From Octopus sinensis (Eukaryota): a DNA stretch of 64,000 bases. The translations under genes were made by a program, and so were the position numbers. The notes below the pieces were generated by a model. It saw only the letters and a list, made by a program, of their open reading frames with translations. It had not been told where the DNA came from and did not search any database. This document shows, piece by piece, positions 1 through 13,050 of this stretch; the first letter of the stretch is position 1; each line of letters begins with the position of its first letter. The stretch spans positions 152,954,001-153,018,000 of the forward strand of contig NC_042999.1 of assembly GCF_006345805.1 (NCBI RefSeq), in the 5' to 3' direction.

Positions 1-300
1 TGGGGCCGACCAAAGCCTTGTGAGTGGAATTGCTAGAGGGAAACTGAAAGAAGTCTGTCGTGTGTGGATGTGTGTGTGTGTTTGTGTATGTGTCTGCGTC
101 TTCGTGTTCCCAATAACTGCCTGATAACCGGTGCTGATATGCTTATGTCCTCGTAACTTAGCAGTTTGGTTATAGAGGCCAATAGAATAAGTACCAGGCA
201 GAAAGGAATAAGTACCGGGTCGAGGCATTTGACTAAAAATTGTTCCAGGCGGTGACGCAGCATGGTAGCAATCTAATGACTGAAACAAGTAAAAGACAAA
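1..300 (+). mobile_element. SINE family A (tRNA head + CORE-like domain + internal microsatellite + CR1-type tail), 5' part outside window
   Basis: GGCCGACCAAAGCCTTGTGAGTGG...GAAACTGAAAGAAG body and tail CAGCATGG...TAATGACTGAAACAAGTAAAAGA, shared with about 19 other copies. Confidence 0.85.
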
Positions 301-368
301 AAATAAAAACGTATATAACTATATACATGGACCTGCACTTACAACATATACTTAAAAGCATATACTAT

Positions 369-536
369 AGGCGCGAGAGTGGCTGGCTATGCTGTAGGTA
401 GGTTGCTTACCAAGCACTTGGTCTCGGGTTCAGTCCCATTGTGTGGCACCTTGGGCAAGTGTCTCCTACTATAACCTCGGGCCGATCAACGCCTTGTAAG
501 TTGATTTGGTAGACGGAAACTGAAAGAAGCCCGTCG

Positions 537-605
<69 letters not shown>

Positions 606-630
606 ATATATCTGTATATATCTGTATATA

Positions 631-670
<40 letters not shown>

Positions 671-1020
671 TATATATATATAATATATATATATATACAT
701 ACATACATACATATATACATAAATATTATACATACATATATATATATACATACATATATATATATATACATACATACATACATACATATATATATATATC
801 TGTATATATATATATATATCTGTATATATATATATATACATAATACATACATATGCATACAGACACACACATATATATATGTATGTATCTATGTATTATA
901 TGTGTGTGTGTGTTTGTTCCCCTACCATCGCTTGACAACTGATGCTGGTGTGTTTACGTCCCCGTACCTTAGCAAAAGTGACTGATGGAATAAGTAATAC
1001 TCTTAGAAAAGAATAAGAGT
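369..1020 (+). mobile_element. SINE A with ~370-bp internal (TA)n/(TACA)n tract, tail truncated
   Basis: Head with B-box-like GGTTCAGTCCC, CORE-like CACCTTGGGCAAGTGTC, CCCGTCG then (TA)n 538-905, then 3' half. Confidence 0.9.
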
Positions 1021-1084
1021 GATACGAAAATCTGATAGTAGAAATAATGATTATTTCGTCGGAAAATCAATGTATCAGAGGCCA

Positions 1085-1480
1085 GTAAACAGAACGGATG
1101 AACCTAGTGTAGGTTCAACGACTATTTAGCAATAATACAGGCCCTCAGATATTCCGGTGTAGGTGTTCGGCGTGCTGGAAGACGGCAAGGAGTGAGGATC
1201 CCCTTAGCTTTTGCTAAAGCATGTCTCTAGATTCAGCATCAAACCAAGGCTATGTCTGCTGTGATAATCGGCGGTGACTTCGTCAACGAATCCTCTGTGA
1301 ATTGACAGCATGTTGAGTTGCTACAGATCACACTGGCCCAAAGTGTGTATACAACTGACTGCGGACCATATGGGAACTTGTATTCTCACTGAAACTCCGA
1401 AAATGAACTCATGTCGTAACCGGCTAAATCCATCCCGGGTGAATGTCACCGTAAGTACAAAATACAAGTATCACAGTCGT
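1085..1480 (-). mobile_element. Old interspersed repeat, probably a LINE ORF2 endonuclease-RT linker remnant
   Basis: Aligns by eye with 23200-23570 in opposite orientation; minus strand encodes PWFDAESRDML*QKLR, resembling the LINE linker motif PWF..EC. Confidence 0.4.
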
Positions 1481-1588
1481 TCGTAACTTATATTTCACGT
1501 GGCACTTGTCACTGGCTATAAAACCCTCATAGCCATTGCACTTTTCACATCGAGCTACAGCCGTTTAAAAATATTTAAAATAACGGTT

Positions 1589-1950
1589 AGGCGTGACTCT
1601 GAGGATAAGTAGCTAGCTTTCCAACAAGTAATTTTAGGTTCAATCCCTCTCCGTGGAAATTTGTGTGTGAAATTTGTAGGTGGAAATTGTGTGGAAGCCT
1701 CTCGTGTATATGTGAATGTGAGTGTGTGCGTGTTAATGTATATTTTTATATTTGTGTTCGTCCTCCAGCACCGCTTGACGATCGGTGTTGGTTTGTTTAC
1801 GCCCCCACAACATAGCGGTTCAGCAAAAGGTATTTTATAGAATGACTAGCAAACTACAAAAAAATGTATTGGGGTCGATTTGTTTGACTAAACTCTTCAA
1901 GGCTGTGCTCCAGAATGACCAATGTCCAATGATTGAAAGAGGAAAAATAT
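1589..1950 (+). mobile_element. Diverged SINE A-related copy
   Basis: Degenerate head, CCGCTTGACGATCGGTGTTGG, GGGGTCGATTTGTTTGACTAAA and GTGCTCCAG tail. Confidence 0.7.
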
Positions 1951-2017
1951 AGATAAATTATAATAAAGCACGTCTACACACACACATTCATACATACACA
2001 CATTCCCTACGCACGTG

Positions 2018-2725
2018 TTAGTGTGTGTGTGTAGTTGTGTGTGTGTGTGTGTGTGTGTGTGCATGTGTTTCTGTGTGTCTGTATTTGGGTGTGCGTGAGT
2101 CTATTTGTGTGCGTATGTGTGTATGTATATCGGTGTGTATTTGGGTGTATATGTCTGTGTATCGGCGTGTGCGTGTGTGTGCATGCATGTGTTTGTGTGT
2201 GAGGGTGTGTGTATTTGTGTGTGTGTGTGTGTGTGTGTGCGTGCGTGTGTGTCTGTGTGTATTTGTGTGTATATATCGGTGTGTGTTTGTCTGTGTGCGC
2301 GCATGTATTTGTGTGTATAAGTTTGTGTATCTGCGTGTGCCTGTGTGTGCATGTATGTGTTTATGTGTGTGTGTATTTGTATGTGTGTGTTTGTGCGTTT
2401 GTGTATGTGTGTGTGTGTATGTCTGTGTATTTCTGTGTGTATGTGTCTCTGTGTATGTGTATATGTGCGTGCGTGTGTGTCTGTGTGTATGTGTGTGTAT
2501 ATAACGGTGTGTGTTTGTCTGTGTGCGCGCATGTATTTGTGTGTATAAGTTTGTGTATCTGCGTGTACCTGTGTGTGCATGTATGTGTTTATGTGTGTGT
2601 ATATTTGTATGTGTGTGTTTGTGCGTTTGTGTATGTCTGTGTATTTGTGTGTGTATGTGTATGTGTGTGTGTATGTGTTTCTGTGTATGTTTGTGTGTGT
2701 GTGTGTGTGCGTGTGTGTGTGTAAT
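2018..2725. repeat. Compound (TG)-rich microsatellite with a 228-bp higher-order duplication
   Basis: CGGTGTGTGTTTGTCTGTGTGCGCGCATG at 2277 and 2505. Confidence 0.85.
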
Positions 2726-2899
2726 TTCCGACACTGGCCTTCTCACCCTGACTCTTTCACATTATTAGTAAAGGAAATTCTCTATTACTACCCTTGACAT
2801 AGCTTCTCTAGCATTAGAGATAAAAATTGGTGAGTCCAATTGATATCTGAATCTTGCTTTCAATTCTGTACGAAACCGGACAATTATCACTTAACACAC

Positions 2900-3206
2900 A
2901 ATCCGACATTGTGTATTAAGTGAAAGAACGATACAAATAGAAAGAAGTATGGCAGGAAAGGTAGAAAGAGGCGCAAAAAGAGAGAGAAAGGGGGAGTGAA
3001 GGAGGAAGGAAAAAGGAGAATGAGGGCAAAATTGAAAGAATATGTAAGAAAGGAAAAATGAACAGAGAACATTAAGAGAGAGGGGGAAAGAGAGAGAGAA
3101 GGAAGAAGAGAAAGGAGAAAGGAAGAAAGGTACAAAGAGACGTGGAGAGAAAGGGAGAGAGGTTTAGAAAAGGACAGAAACAAAGATAGAAATAGTTGGA
3201 AAGGTA

Positions 3207-3243
<37 letters not shown>

Positions 3244-3680
3244 AGGAAAGCTTGTAAAGCGCTGAGCGAGAGAAAGAGAGAAAGAGGGAAAGACAGAGAG
3301 GAAGACAGAGAGAAGGAAAGAAAGGGAGAGAGAGAAGGAGAATGAGGGAAGATAGAGAGGATGACAGAAAGAGGGAAAGAAAGGAGAGGGAGAGAGAGGA
3401 GAGAGATGACAGAGAGAAGGAAAGAAAGTGGGAGACAGTGGGAGAGAGGGAGAGCGAAGAGTAAAGTAAGAGAGAGGGAAGAGAATGTGTTTGAGTAATA
3501 AATTGCTGTGTGTGTGTGTATTTGAATGACCAAGAGAGAGACATAGTGAGTGAATGAGAACGAAAGAGCTAGAGGGAGTGAGAGTAACTGCGTAAGACAG
3601 AGTAAGAGTGAGTGAATGAGTAAGTAACAGAAGGAGTAAGTGAGAGAGAGAGAGCGAGAGAGAGAGAGAGCGAGTAAGAG
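2900..3680. repeat. GA-rich polypurine low-complexity tract
   Basis: Runs of GAGA/GGAA. Confidence 0.85.
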
Positions 3681-4159
3681 TTCTGTATTTGAAAATGAAT
3701 TAATGGAAATACATTTTGATAATGGCATAAAAACATTTCTCTTGTTAACAACCCAGTTTCTTATAAGCCACTCACTTCTAGTTGGTTCGGACGCCGTTCG
3801 TAAGAGTTTGACGCAGGCTTAATGGCTGAATCTCAATAATACCAAGCAAGGCAAGATGGCGTAATTAATGACAAAGCAGATAAAAGTCTACTTGCAACGT
3901 TCCCTAACGCCTTTTCGGTCAGTCATTGACATTAGAATATAATGACTTACATTGAAATCGTCGGATGTTGAATGATGCATAATGCGATCATAGTCTGAAA
4001 ACTGGTCGAAAATAAACTGTTTTGAAAAGGAAGTCTATAGCACTCTAGCTAACTATTTCACTATTCCACTGTGTGGTTATTGCATTTAAGCACTCCCATA
4101 CACCATTTACACGTATACGTTTACATACATACATACACATGCACACATACACACACACA

Positions 4160-4200
<41 letters not shown>

Positions 4201-4481
4201 ACACACACACACATAGGGACACACATTTATATTTATATAAATGCACATACATTCAAACGCATAAATACACATACATATATAGCTATGTATGTATATCCAT
4301 GCGTGTGTGAGTATATGTATATGTGTGTAAGTGTGTATATGTATGTATATGTATATATATATAATATGTTTATATATATGTATGTACATATATATATATG
4401 TTTATATATCTATTATATATTTAGAAATATATATATATGTATGTTTGTACTATGTATATATGATATATATATACGTATATA

Positions 4482-4528
<47 letters not shown>

Positions 4529-4724
4529 ATATACGTATGCATGCATGTTTATGCATGTATATATATATTCACACACCCATAAACTTGGTCGAGACCTGGA
4601 AACTAAAGAACTGCGTACTTAGGTGGTTCCACACTCGTAAAGTACAGAGGTAGACACAAAAGCAACAAATACGTACAGATGCATACTCATTCGCACAGAC
4701 AGATCCGTGCACACATTCACACAC

Positions 4725-4758
<34 letters not shown>

Positions 4759-4863
4759 ATCTAATGTAGGATAAAATTTTTTTCGAAAAAAATATTCTTT
4801 TCCAAAAACATTCTAGCAATCGCCAGCATATCAAAAAATACCTTTAAGGTTAAATCTATAAAC

Positions 4864-4919
4864 AATTCATAATTAAGGGCAAACGAAAAAATTTCTAATT
4901 TCGTTTGCCCTTAATTATG

Positions 4920-4923
<4 letters not shown>
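4864..4923. repeat. Perfect 25-bp inverted repeat with 10-nt spacer, abutting (TA)n 4924-5092
   Basis: AATTCATAATTAAGGGCAAACGAAA (4864-4888) / TTTCGTTTGCCCTTAATTATGAATT (4899-4923). Confidence 0.95.
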
Positions 4924-4976
<53 letters not shown>

Positions 4977-4978
4977 AC

Positions 4979-5094
<116 letters not shown>

Positions 5095-5478
5095 GACAGA
5101 CCAAATGAATCTTTGTAGTACAATAATAGCTCATATACGTTAGAGATTTAAACACTGAGAGTGCTCAACAACTCACTAGTTAGTCGGTATCATGAATTTA
5201 TTTGTAAAAGTACGATGAAATTTGAACAATAGATCTGAAGTGTTACTTCCATTGAACGGTCCCATGAATTGCAAATTATGTCCCGATCAGAAATTTCTAT
5301 TTTTCGATATAGATTTCCATCCAACTGTATCAATCTTCTTCCGTCTTGTCACTGGTCCCTGGTTGATGGACAGATATTTTCTCTTCTTTGCCATCATTAA
5401 TTCCTCTGAATTGCCATGATATATAGTGCCAAATGATATCCCCTATACACACATTGTGAGAATGGTATGTGAACTAAA

Positions 5479-6000
5479 GGCGGTGATCTGGCAGAAACGT
5501 TAGCGCGCCGGGCGAATTGCTTTGTGGTATTTCGTTCGGCGCTACGTTCTGAGTTCAAATTCCGCCGAGGTCGACTTTGCTTTTCATCCTTTCGGGGTCA
5601 AAAACTCACTAGTTAGTCGGTATCATGAATTTATTTGTAAAAGCACATTGAAATTTGAACAATAGATCTGAAGTGTTACTTCCATTTAACGGTCCCATGA
5701 ATTGCAAATTAAGTACCAGTTACGCACTGGGGTCGATGTAATCGACTTAATACCTATGTCTGTCCTTGTTTGTCCCCTCTATGTTTAGCCCCTTGTGGAT
5801 AATAAAGAAATAGGTATTTCGTTCGGCGCTACGTTCTGAGTTCAAATTCCGCCGAGGTCGACTTTAGCTTTCATCCTTTCGGGGTCGATAAATTAAGCAC
5901 CAGTTACGCACTGGGGTCAATGTAATCGACTTAATCCGTTTGTCTGTACTTGTTTGTCCCCTCTATATTTAGCCCCTTGTGGGTAGTAAAGAAATAGGTA
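5479..6000 (+). mobile_element. SINE family C with internal tandem duplication, templated insertion and 15-bp TSD
   Basis: Head GGCGGTGATCTGGCAGAAACGTTAG...GAGTTCAAATTCC; central GTCGACTTTGCTTTTCATCCTTTCGGGGTC; TSD GGTATGTGAACTAAA at 5464-5478 and 5997-6011; second unit starts at 5813. Confidence 0.9.
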
Positions 6001-6065
6001 TGTGAACTAAAACCAAAGGCAACCAAATATGAGCGCCAGATGATAACTAGAACGACTGAGATATA

Positions 6066-6923
6066 TGTAGTCTGATCAATAAGTATCCGGACTGTTGCTA
6101 TAGCGAAGCTAAAACGCAGAGTAAAGCCACTTGGCAAAGATTGACGTTGAGATCTGATGTGCATGTTCACTAAGTTTTGACGTTCTAGCTCATGTCCATT
6201 GTTCACAGCAGAGTTTGGAAGGAAGGTGTGTAGTGTGTGATCGTCGCAGTGACCATGACAAAGTTGAGTAGAAAATCTGCATCAAATTTTGCCAAAAGCT
6301 TAGCGATACCTGCTCAGAGGCCTACGCAAATTTTTCAAAAAGTTTTCATCGTTCTCAACACAATCAAGGAGATCTTGTGCAATTGAAACCCGAGTCTTTT
6401 TGGTCGGTTGAAAATAGTTTGAGCAGAAAATTAGCAGACACGCGTCTCATAGCCAATTCTTCAGTGATAATGGACTGAGCTGAACCGTAACTAATCTGCA
6501 CATCTGATAACTTACGGATGAGGATTCGACGATTTCCCCTCACAGCTGCACGCACGTCTGCAATGTTTTTCTCAGTTCTGCTGATTGCAGGTCTCCCAGA
6601 GCATTCGTCAATATCGACATTTTTTCGGCCATCTTGGAAACGTCTGAACCACTCGTACACTTGTGTGCCGCTCATACACTCTTTTCCATACACTTTCTAT
6701 ATCCTTACGCCATGACAACTTTCTGTATTGGTCAATGCGACGATCATACGCTACCCACCTTCCTTCCAAGCACGGCTGCAAACAGCGGAAGTGAGCTAAA
6801 ACATTAAAACTTGGTGTGCATGCACAACAGTGTACAATGTCCATCTTTGCCAAGCGGCTTTACTCTGAGTGCTTTAGCTTCTTTACTATGGCAACAGTCC
6901 GCATACTTATCGATCTGACCTCG
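6066..6923 (-). mobile_element. Fold-back non-autonomous mariner (two left ends, inverted) with truncated transposase N-terminus
   Basis: ORF 6364-6693 has VYEWFRRFQDGR..SGRP..MRRVSA (mariner HTH); ~200-bp inverted arms; TA at 6064-65 and 6924-25. Confidence 0.85.
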
Positions 6924-7669
6924 TATAGATGAGAAAATATTGTTTATAACACTGAACCCTAGCTACCTTAATCCTCCAGTCGAACTTGTTTGAACGAAAG
7001 TGATGGAAAGTCTTTCGATTCCTAATTTCTCATCTATGGTCCTAGAGACCAAGATTTATAAAAATCAAATTTGTTCTGGGAAGAAATCCAAAGACACAGT
7101 ATTTTTCATGCTGTGCATTTCATTCCCTACTACCACCCTACTTTCCAATGACTGGTATTTCTTCGCTTTTCCGGGATTCTGAATTTCACCGTGATCCTGG
7201 AAGGGGAGCTAATGGGTGCTATGCTCTGTCAAAGTGCAACTTATGTTTTTGCTGCATATCTACAGGCCTTTATGCTATCCACAAACTGAGGACACAATGG
7301 ATGGGAATTTTCATCACCACACTATCTAAGCCTAGATATAATGATTGATAACCTTGCTCCAAACAAATTGCATTGAAAACGTGTCATTGACTAGGTCGCA
7401 TTGGTGCGACGAAGATTTCGGTTCTAAATAATAAATGTTTAAGTGAAGTTAACAATTTCTGAATTTTTTTAATGGCTAATGTGACTTCCGTGTCGTATTG
7501 TTTTATATTTTCAACAGCTCTCTCGGTTCATGTAAAAACGGTTTAGCTTTCTCGCGTAACGTTCGTAAACCGTTCAAGTTACGCAGGCGTACAATGGCGT
7601 AGACAGCAAAACCATCAATTTAGTGGCCAACCCATTACTTCTCTCCCATACTGATTCACGACCGTGGGT

Positions 7670-7916
7670 CGACTTCAGTTGCACCAACAGAAGTTCCATC
7701 TCTTACGAACAGAACAGGACTGCAAGGCTACAAAGAAAATGCGAACTACGCAAGTCCATAGCCAGCTTCTTTCTTTCAGTTTCAACAGAATACCAGTGTC
7801 CGACCTGCGGCAGAGCCTCCAGAACATGCATCGGACTGATCAGCCACTTCGGACACACAGTACTCTGTCCTTTCCCGTGTAATGTCATTGGTCATCGTCG
7901 ACGACGACGGACGAAG
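7670..7916 (+). mobile_element. RTE-clade LINE 3' end
   Basis: EQNRTARLQRK...CPTCGR..R..IGLISH C-terminal motif and tail GGTCATCGTCGACGACGACGGACGAAG. Confidence 0.75.
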
Positions 7917-8059
7917 TAATAATGAATATCTGATATAGTTTTATACCAAAATCCTTCCTTCTGAAAGTCCACAAATTTAGGAAATACTACAGTACAAATG
8001 GTGATATAGTTTGGACATTGAAATAATGTTGCCCAATGGTCAGTGATTGTTATATAGTA

Positions 8060-8200
8060 TGACAGATGCTACTGTCATATTGTTATTTTATGACATATTA
8101 TGACGTGGTGATATATTATGACATATCATAACGTGTTATATTATGATATATTGTGACACATTATGACATTGTGGTATCATGACGGCTATATTATGACACT
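8060..8200. repeat. Degenerate minisatellite built on TTATGACA
   Basis: About 8 imperfect TTATGAC(A/G) copies at irregular spacing. Confidence 0.6.
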
Positions 8201-8454
8201 TGTTAGTGTGTAGGACGTCTGAAGAGGGAGTTACGATGGTGCTCAGCAATCAGGTTTGTTGTTACTCTTAGAAAGCTAGCGTTCCACCATAACTCTGATT
8301 TCTTACAGACATGATGGAATACCATGGATGATAAATGGCCACCTCATGACGCATTTTAGAAATGACTCGGGAAGCCCTCTCTGATATAGTTCTTAGGACA
8401 AACCCATCGATATTCGACTCTCTTCTCTAAATCACGTTGAATTTTAAGACAAAA

Positions 8455-8824
8455 CTAGCAGTATCGCCCGGCGTTGCTCGGGTTTGTAAGGGAAATAACT
8501 ATAAAGCATTTTTAGAGACTTATAGCCAAAAAATGGAAAAAAAATGATGGTAAATTTTTTTTAGTTAAAAAGGTCGAGTTGCGTCTCCTAGACAGTCTGT
8601 GGTTTGTGTTTCTGATTCGCGACCCCATGTCGAATTTATCGATTTTTTTCAGAACTGGGGGAACTTTGCAAAATTTTCGCTGCATTAGTTTTGAATTATG
8701 ACATTGGGCTATGTGTGTGTCAAGTTTCATCAGAATCGGTTGAAAGCCGTGGTCAGGGTGAGGGTACAACCTAACAGACACACAGAAACACACACAGACA
8801 AACTGCCGTTTATATATAGAGGGA
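8455..8824 (-). mobile_element. Non-autonomous Helitron
   Basis: Minus strand starts A|TC and ends with CCCGAGCAACGCCGGG hairpin + CTAG|T; near-identical copy at 54083-54455. Confidence 0.8.
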
Positions 8825-9199
8825 TAATAAAGGACACTTATTTTACGACCAATAAGAACTGACTTTACTGATGACCAATAAGAAGCGACTTTAATTGAGG
8901 TGCTGTACCAGTAACTGGATGCTGCATCTCCATCGATGCTAGGCATCTGAAAGATCACGTACGTAATTTATTTGTCAGCAAAACTTTAAGTAATGCACGG
9001 GTAAATCATCGAACTTTTATAAACACTATATTAGGGATTGAAGGTTCTTGCTTTTGTTTATACACAAACGTTAGTGTGTACGTTTAATGTGTGTGTTTGT
9101 GTGTGAGTGTTTGTATGTGCATGTGTGTGTCTGCGTATGTGTGAAAACCCATCCATCAATCGATCAGCTTGCTATCAAAATATCTGCGCGGGGGTGTGT

Positions 9200-9850
9200 C
9201 ATTGCTTCTCATGGTCATTTTCTTTCTTTCTTTCTTCCATCTCTTCTTCCCCCCTTCTTTCTCTGTCCCCATCTCCATCCCCTCTCCTTTCCCTGTTTCC
9301 TCTTCCCCCTCCCACTTCTTCCCCCTCTCTCCCCTACACCGTTCACTCGCCTATCTTCCCTCTCTTTTTCACCCTCTCTCCCTTCTCCCTCTCACTCCAC
9401 TCTAGCCATTTCCTTCTCTCTCTCCCTCTCTTCCTCTCTTCCCCATTCTCTCTCATCTCTGAATGTCTATTTGTCTAAGACTGTTTCAGTCTCTGACTCT
9501 CTCTCTTTTTCTCTCTCACTCTCACCCTTTCTATCCTTCTCTCACTCTCATTCTCAATCACCCTCTCTACCCATCTCTCGCTCACTCCCTCCCTAGCTTC
9601 CTTTCTCTCTTCCTCTCTGTTTGTCTCTCTGTGTGACTGACCGTCTGTTTCAATTTCTTCCTGTTTGTCCGTCTGTTTCTCTCGCTCTCACTGAACTCTC
9701 TCACTCACTCTCTCCTCTCTCCTCTTCCTCTTCCTCTCTTACTCTCTTCCTCTCTATCTCTTTCACTCTCTATCTCTCTCACTGTCTCTCTCCCTCTCTC
9801 TTCCCCCTCTCTCTTCCCCCTCTCTCTCCTTCTCACTCTACTATTTCATA
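9200..9850. repeat. CT-rich polypyrimidine tract
   Basis: Continuous CTCT/CTTC low-complexity sequence. Confidence 0.85.
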
Positions 9851-10198
9851 CCCTCATACCCTAATTACACACTGTTACATCTAACATTATATTTATTATC
9901 AACGCAATTCCGTTCAATAATCCAATCATCACTTGATTTATAGTATCAATTCCCTACATTATACAGCGACAAATATCTCAAGTTATCTATAATTATATTA
10001 CTAATTCTTCTTTCTCGATCGTGGGGCCACTCTCTGTTTCTCTCCCTTTCATTGCAATATCCTCTTTTCTCCTATGTTTATCAACGCCCTTCTCTCTATT
10101 TGCAACTGACTCGTTTTATCTTGTGTGGACGTCAGTGAGCTTCTATCCAGTCCTTTTTTAAGCTAGTATCTATGTTTTTATGCGTGTATATTTGCATA

Positions 10199-10498
10199 TA
10201 TCACCGTGATCACCGTGAGTAACCAGGCTATCAGCTGTTGCTACACATCGCTGGTCACAATGCGCTTCGCATTGTTTTAGCCTTCAAATGATGCCACCAC
10301 GGTGGCTAAGCGAGCAGGCCAACAGAAGAAAGAGTGACAGAAAGTTGTGGCGAAAGAGTACAGCAGAGATCACCACTACCCCCTGCCGGAGCCTCGTGGA
10401 GCTTTAGGTGTTTTCGCTCAATAAACACTCACGATGCCCGGTCTGGGAATCGAAACCGCGAGTCCGCTGCCCTAACCACTGGGCCATTGCGCCTCCAC
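10199..10498 (-). mobile_element. SINE family B (tRNA-Arg-like head), tail type 1
   Basis: Head GGCGCAATGGCCCAGTGGTTAGGGCAGCGGACTCGCGGTTTCGATTCCC; tail ends in a short TCACGGTGA tandem. Confidence 0.9.
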
Positions 10499-10539
10499 AT
10501 ATTTGCATATATAAATGGATGTAAATATGTTTGGGCATA

Positions 10540-10771
10540 GGAGGAGGCGCTAAAAAGTTCCTGGCTTTAAGGGTATTGCGAAAGGCCTGGCTGGAGGCCC
10601 AAACCTTCCGAGTTCTTGTACACAGCTAAGAAAAACTGAAGGACCACTGCAATAAATGTATGAATTTGCAATAAAAGTGTGAAGAGGGTGATATGTTGAA
10701 TAAATTCATAATTAACAGATCTTCCTGTATTTTATTTTATCCAAAACCAGGAACATTTCAGCACGCCCTCG
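10540..10771 (+). mobile_element. Mariner-derived MITE
   Basis: TIRs G(G)AGGAGGCGCTAAAAAGTTCCTGGCTTT / AAAACCAGGAACATTTCAGCACGCCCTCG, TA on both sides; internal KLKDHCNKCMN resembles a mariner C-terminus. Confidence 0.75.
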
Positions 10772-11513
10772 TATATGTATGTAAATGTGTTCGGGAAAGA
10801 ATTTTGTGCTCTTGAAGGAACTTTGGTCTTTTTACGATATGCATGCATACACACACACACATTTTGGGTTTGGAGGGTATATTATCCGAGTAGATATTGT
10901 TGTGGCTCTCAGTTATGTTCCAGGTTACGGCTAACCGCATCGATTAGCATTTTGCGTCTATGAATATTAGTTATCAGTCACGCTGTAAATTACATGACAA
11001 GCACTATCCTTGAAAATTCGGTCGTTTGGTACTCAAACTAAACTACTACAATACACAAACAGGTATGTCATGACAGTAACATCAATCTTGACCTAGTTAG
11101 ATAGAAAACAAATTCCAGACAGCAACGGGCGTGAAACGGGGATCAAACCTACAAGTTTACAAACAGATAAGATTTCAGTTTCAAAACAAGCTCCCCCTTT
11201 ATCCCATTGAGCCCTAACTAACAAACAACTAATTGTATTCAGTTCACTTCAAAACTGGTCAAATGGACAGACTCTGAAAAAGCTGCACAGAAAATCGTTC
11301 CCGGTTATATGTGCAAATGCCCGTACTTCGTGCAGTCGAAACCTATGTAGGTCGTAACAACCATAAGTGTATGTTGTATCTAATTATACAACAAGAAGAA
11401 ATATCTTTTGAAGAGATAAATGTGCTTTAAGAATTTTTTCAAAACGTATAAATAATCCAATTTTGAATTCATAGTCAACTCCATAAAATATATTCTTTTA
11501 TTCTTATATTTCT

Positions 11514-12080
<567 letters not shown>

Positions 12081-12645
12081 TATTTCATGGAGTTGACTAT
12101 AGATTCAAAACTGGATTATTTATACATTTTGAAAGAACTCTTAAACAACATTTATAATTGAGAAAACTGCTCCGATTCAATTCTTTCGGAATTTGCAATC
12201 TTAAGAATGATAGCCCGTGTTTATGAAGGTTGTTTATTTTCCATGAGAAACACATTAAAAAAAGAAGGCAATATGAGTAAACACACATTCGTCACAATAA
12301 CCTAATTAGTATTCAACGGAATTATAGAAATAAATATTCAACGCTGTTTTGCCAATTTTTTCTATGTAATGTTTGATATTTAAATATATTAATTAAAAGT
12401 TTAGATAAATTTTATAATTTTCTAGACTGAAGAATTCTATATTATTCTTATTTGTTTGTTTCTGTTTGTGAATCAAAACTCTATCCTCGAAACAAATTAT
12501 ATTGAAATTGCAATACGTGTTATTACTATCATTATTGTTGTTGTTGTTATTGTTATTGTTATTGTTGTTTTTTTAAGAATATAGATAAGCCTGTAAAATA
12601 TAGATCAATACGATTCACTATGTGCAGCCCAAAAGAGTAGCTCTA

Positions 12646-12716
<71 letters not shown>

Positions 12717-12805
12717 ATCTATCTGCCCCGTTCGCCTATCTGTAAATCTACCTTTGCGTATATGCGTATGTGCATATGTATACACACACATATATATAAT
12801 ATAAT

Positions 12806-12860
<55 letters not shown>

Positions 12861-12861
12861 T

Positions 12862-13050
12862 ACTAGGGAGAATTCACAATAACAAAAAAGACGAAGACAG
12901 GTGGTGTAAACAACAAACAGATGTATTAGTATAACGCTCGGGAAGTGAAAAAGTCTTTAACGTTTCGAGCATACGCTCTTCCACAGAAAGGAACACAGAA
13001 AGAAACAAGGAGAGAAAATAGAGAATGTGTAGTGGCTAGCGATCTATATA
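12862..13050 (-). mobile_element. PLE-type 3' terminus with minimal hammerhead-like motif (12959-12986)
   Basis: CTGTGGA-A-GAGC-GTAT-GCTC-GAAACGTT; homologous to 36755-36960; ends at (TA)n. Confidence 0.6.

Noticed and set aside
7150-7330. Possible Mutator-like transposase remnant (DENSHPLCP..DS; HGEIQNP) on the minus strand
   Set aside because: Motifs are in different frames and closer together than expected; could be chance.
11020-11420. Possible host exon (CAG/GTATGT donor-like site near 11060)
   Set aside because: No supporting acceptor, reading frame or recognisable protein; such motifs arise by chance.
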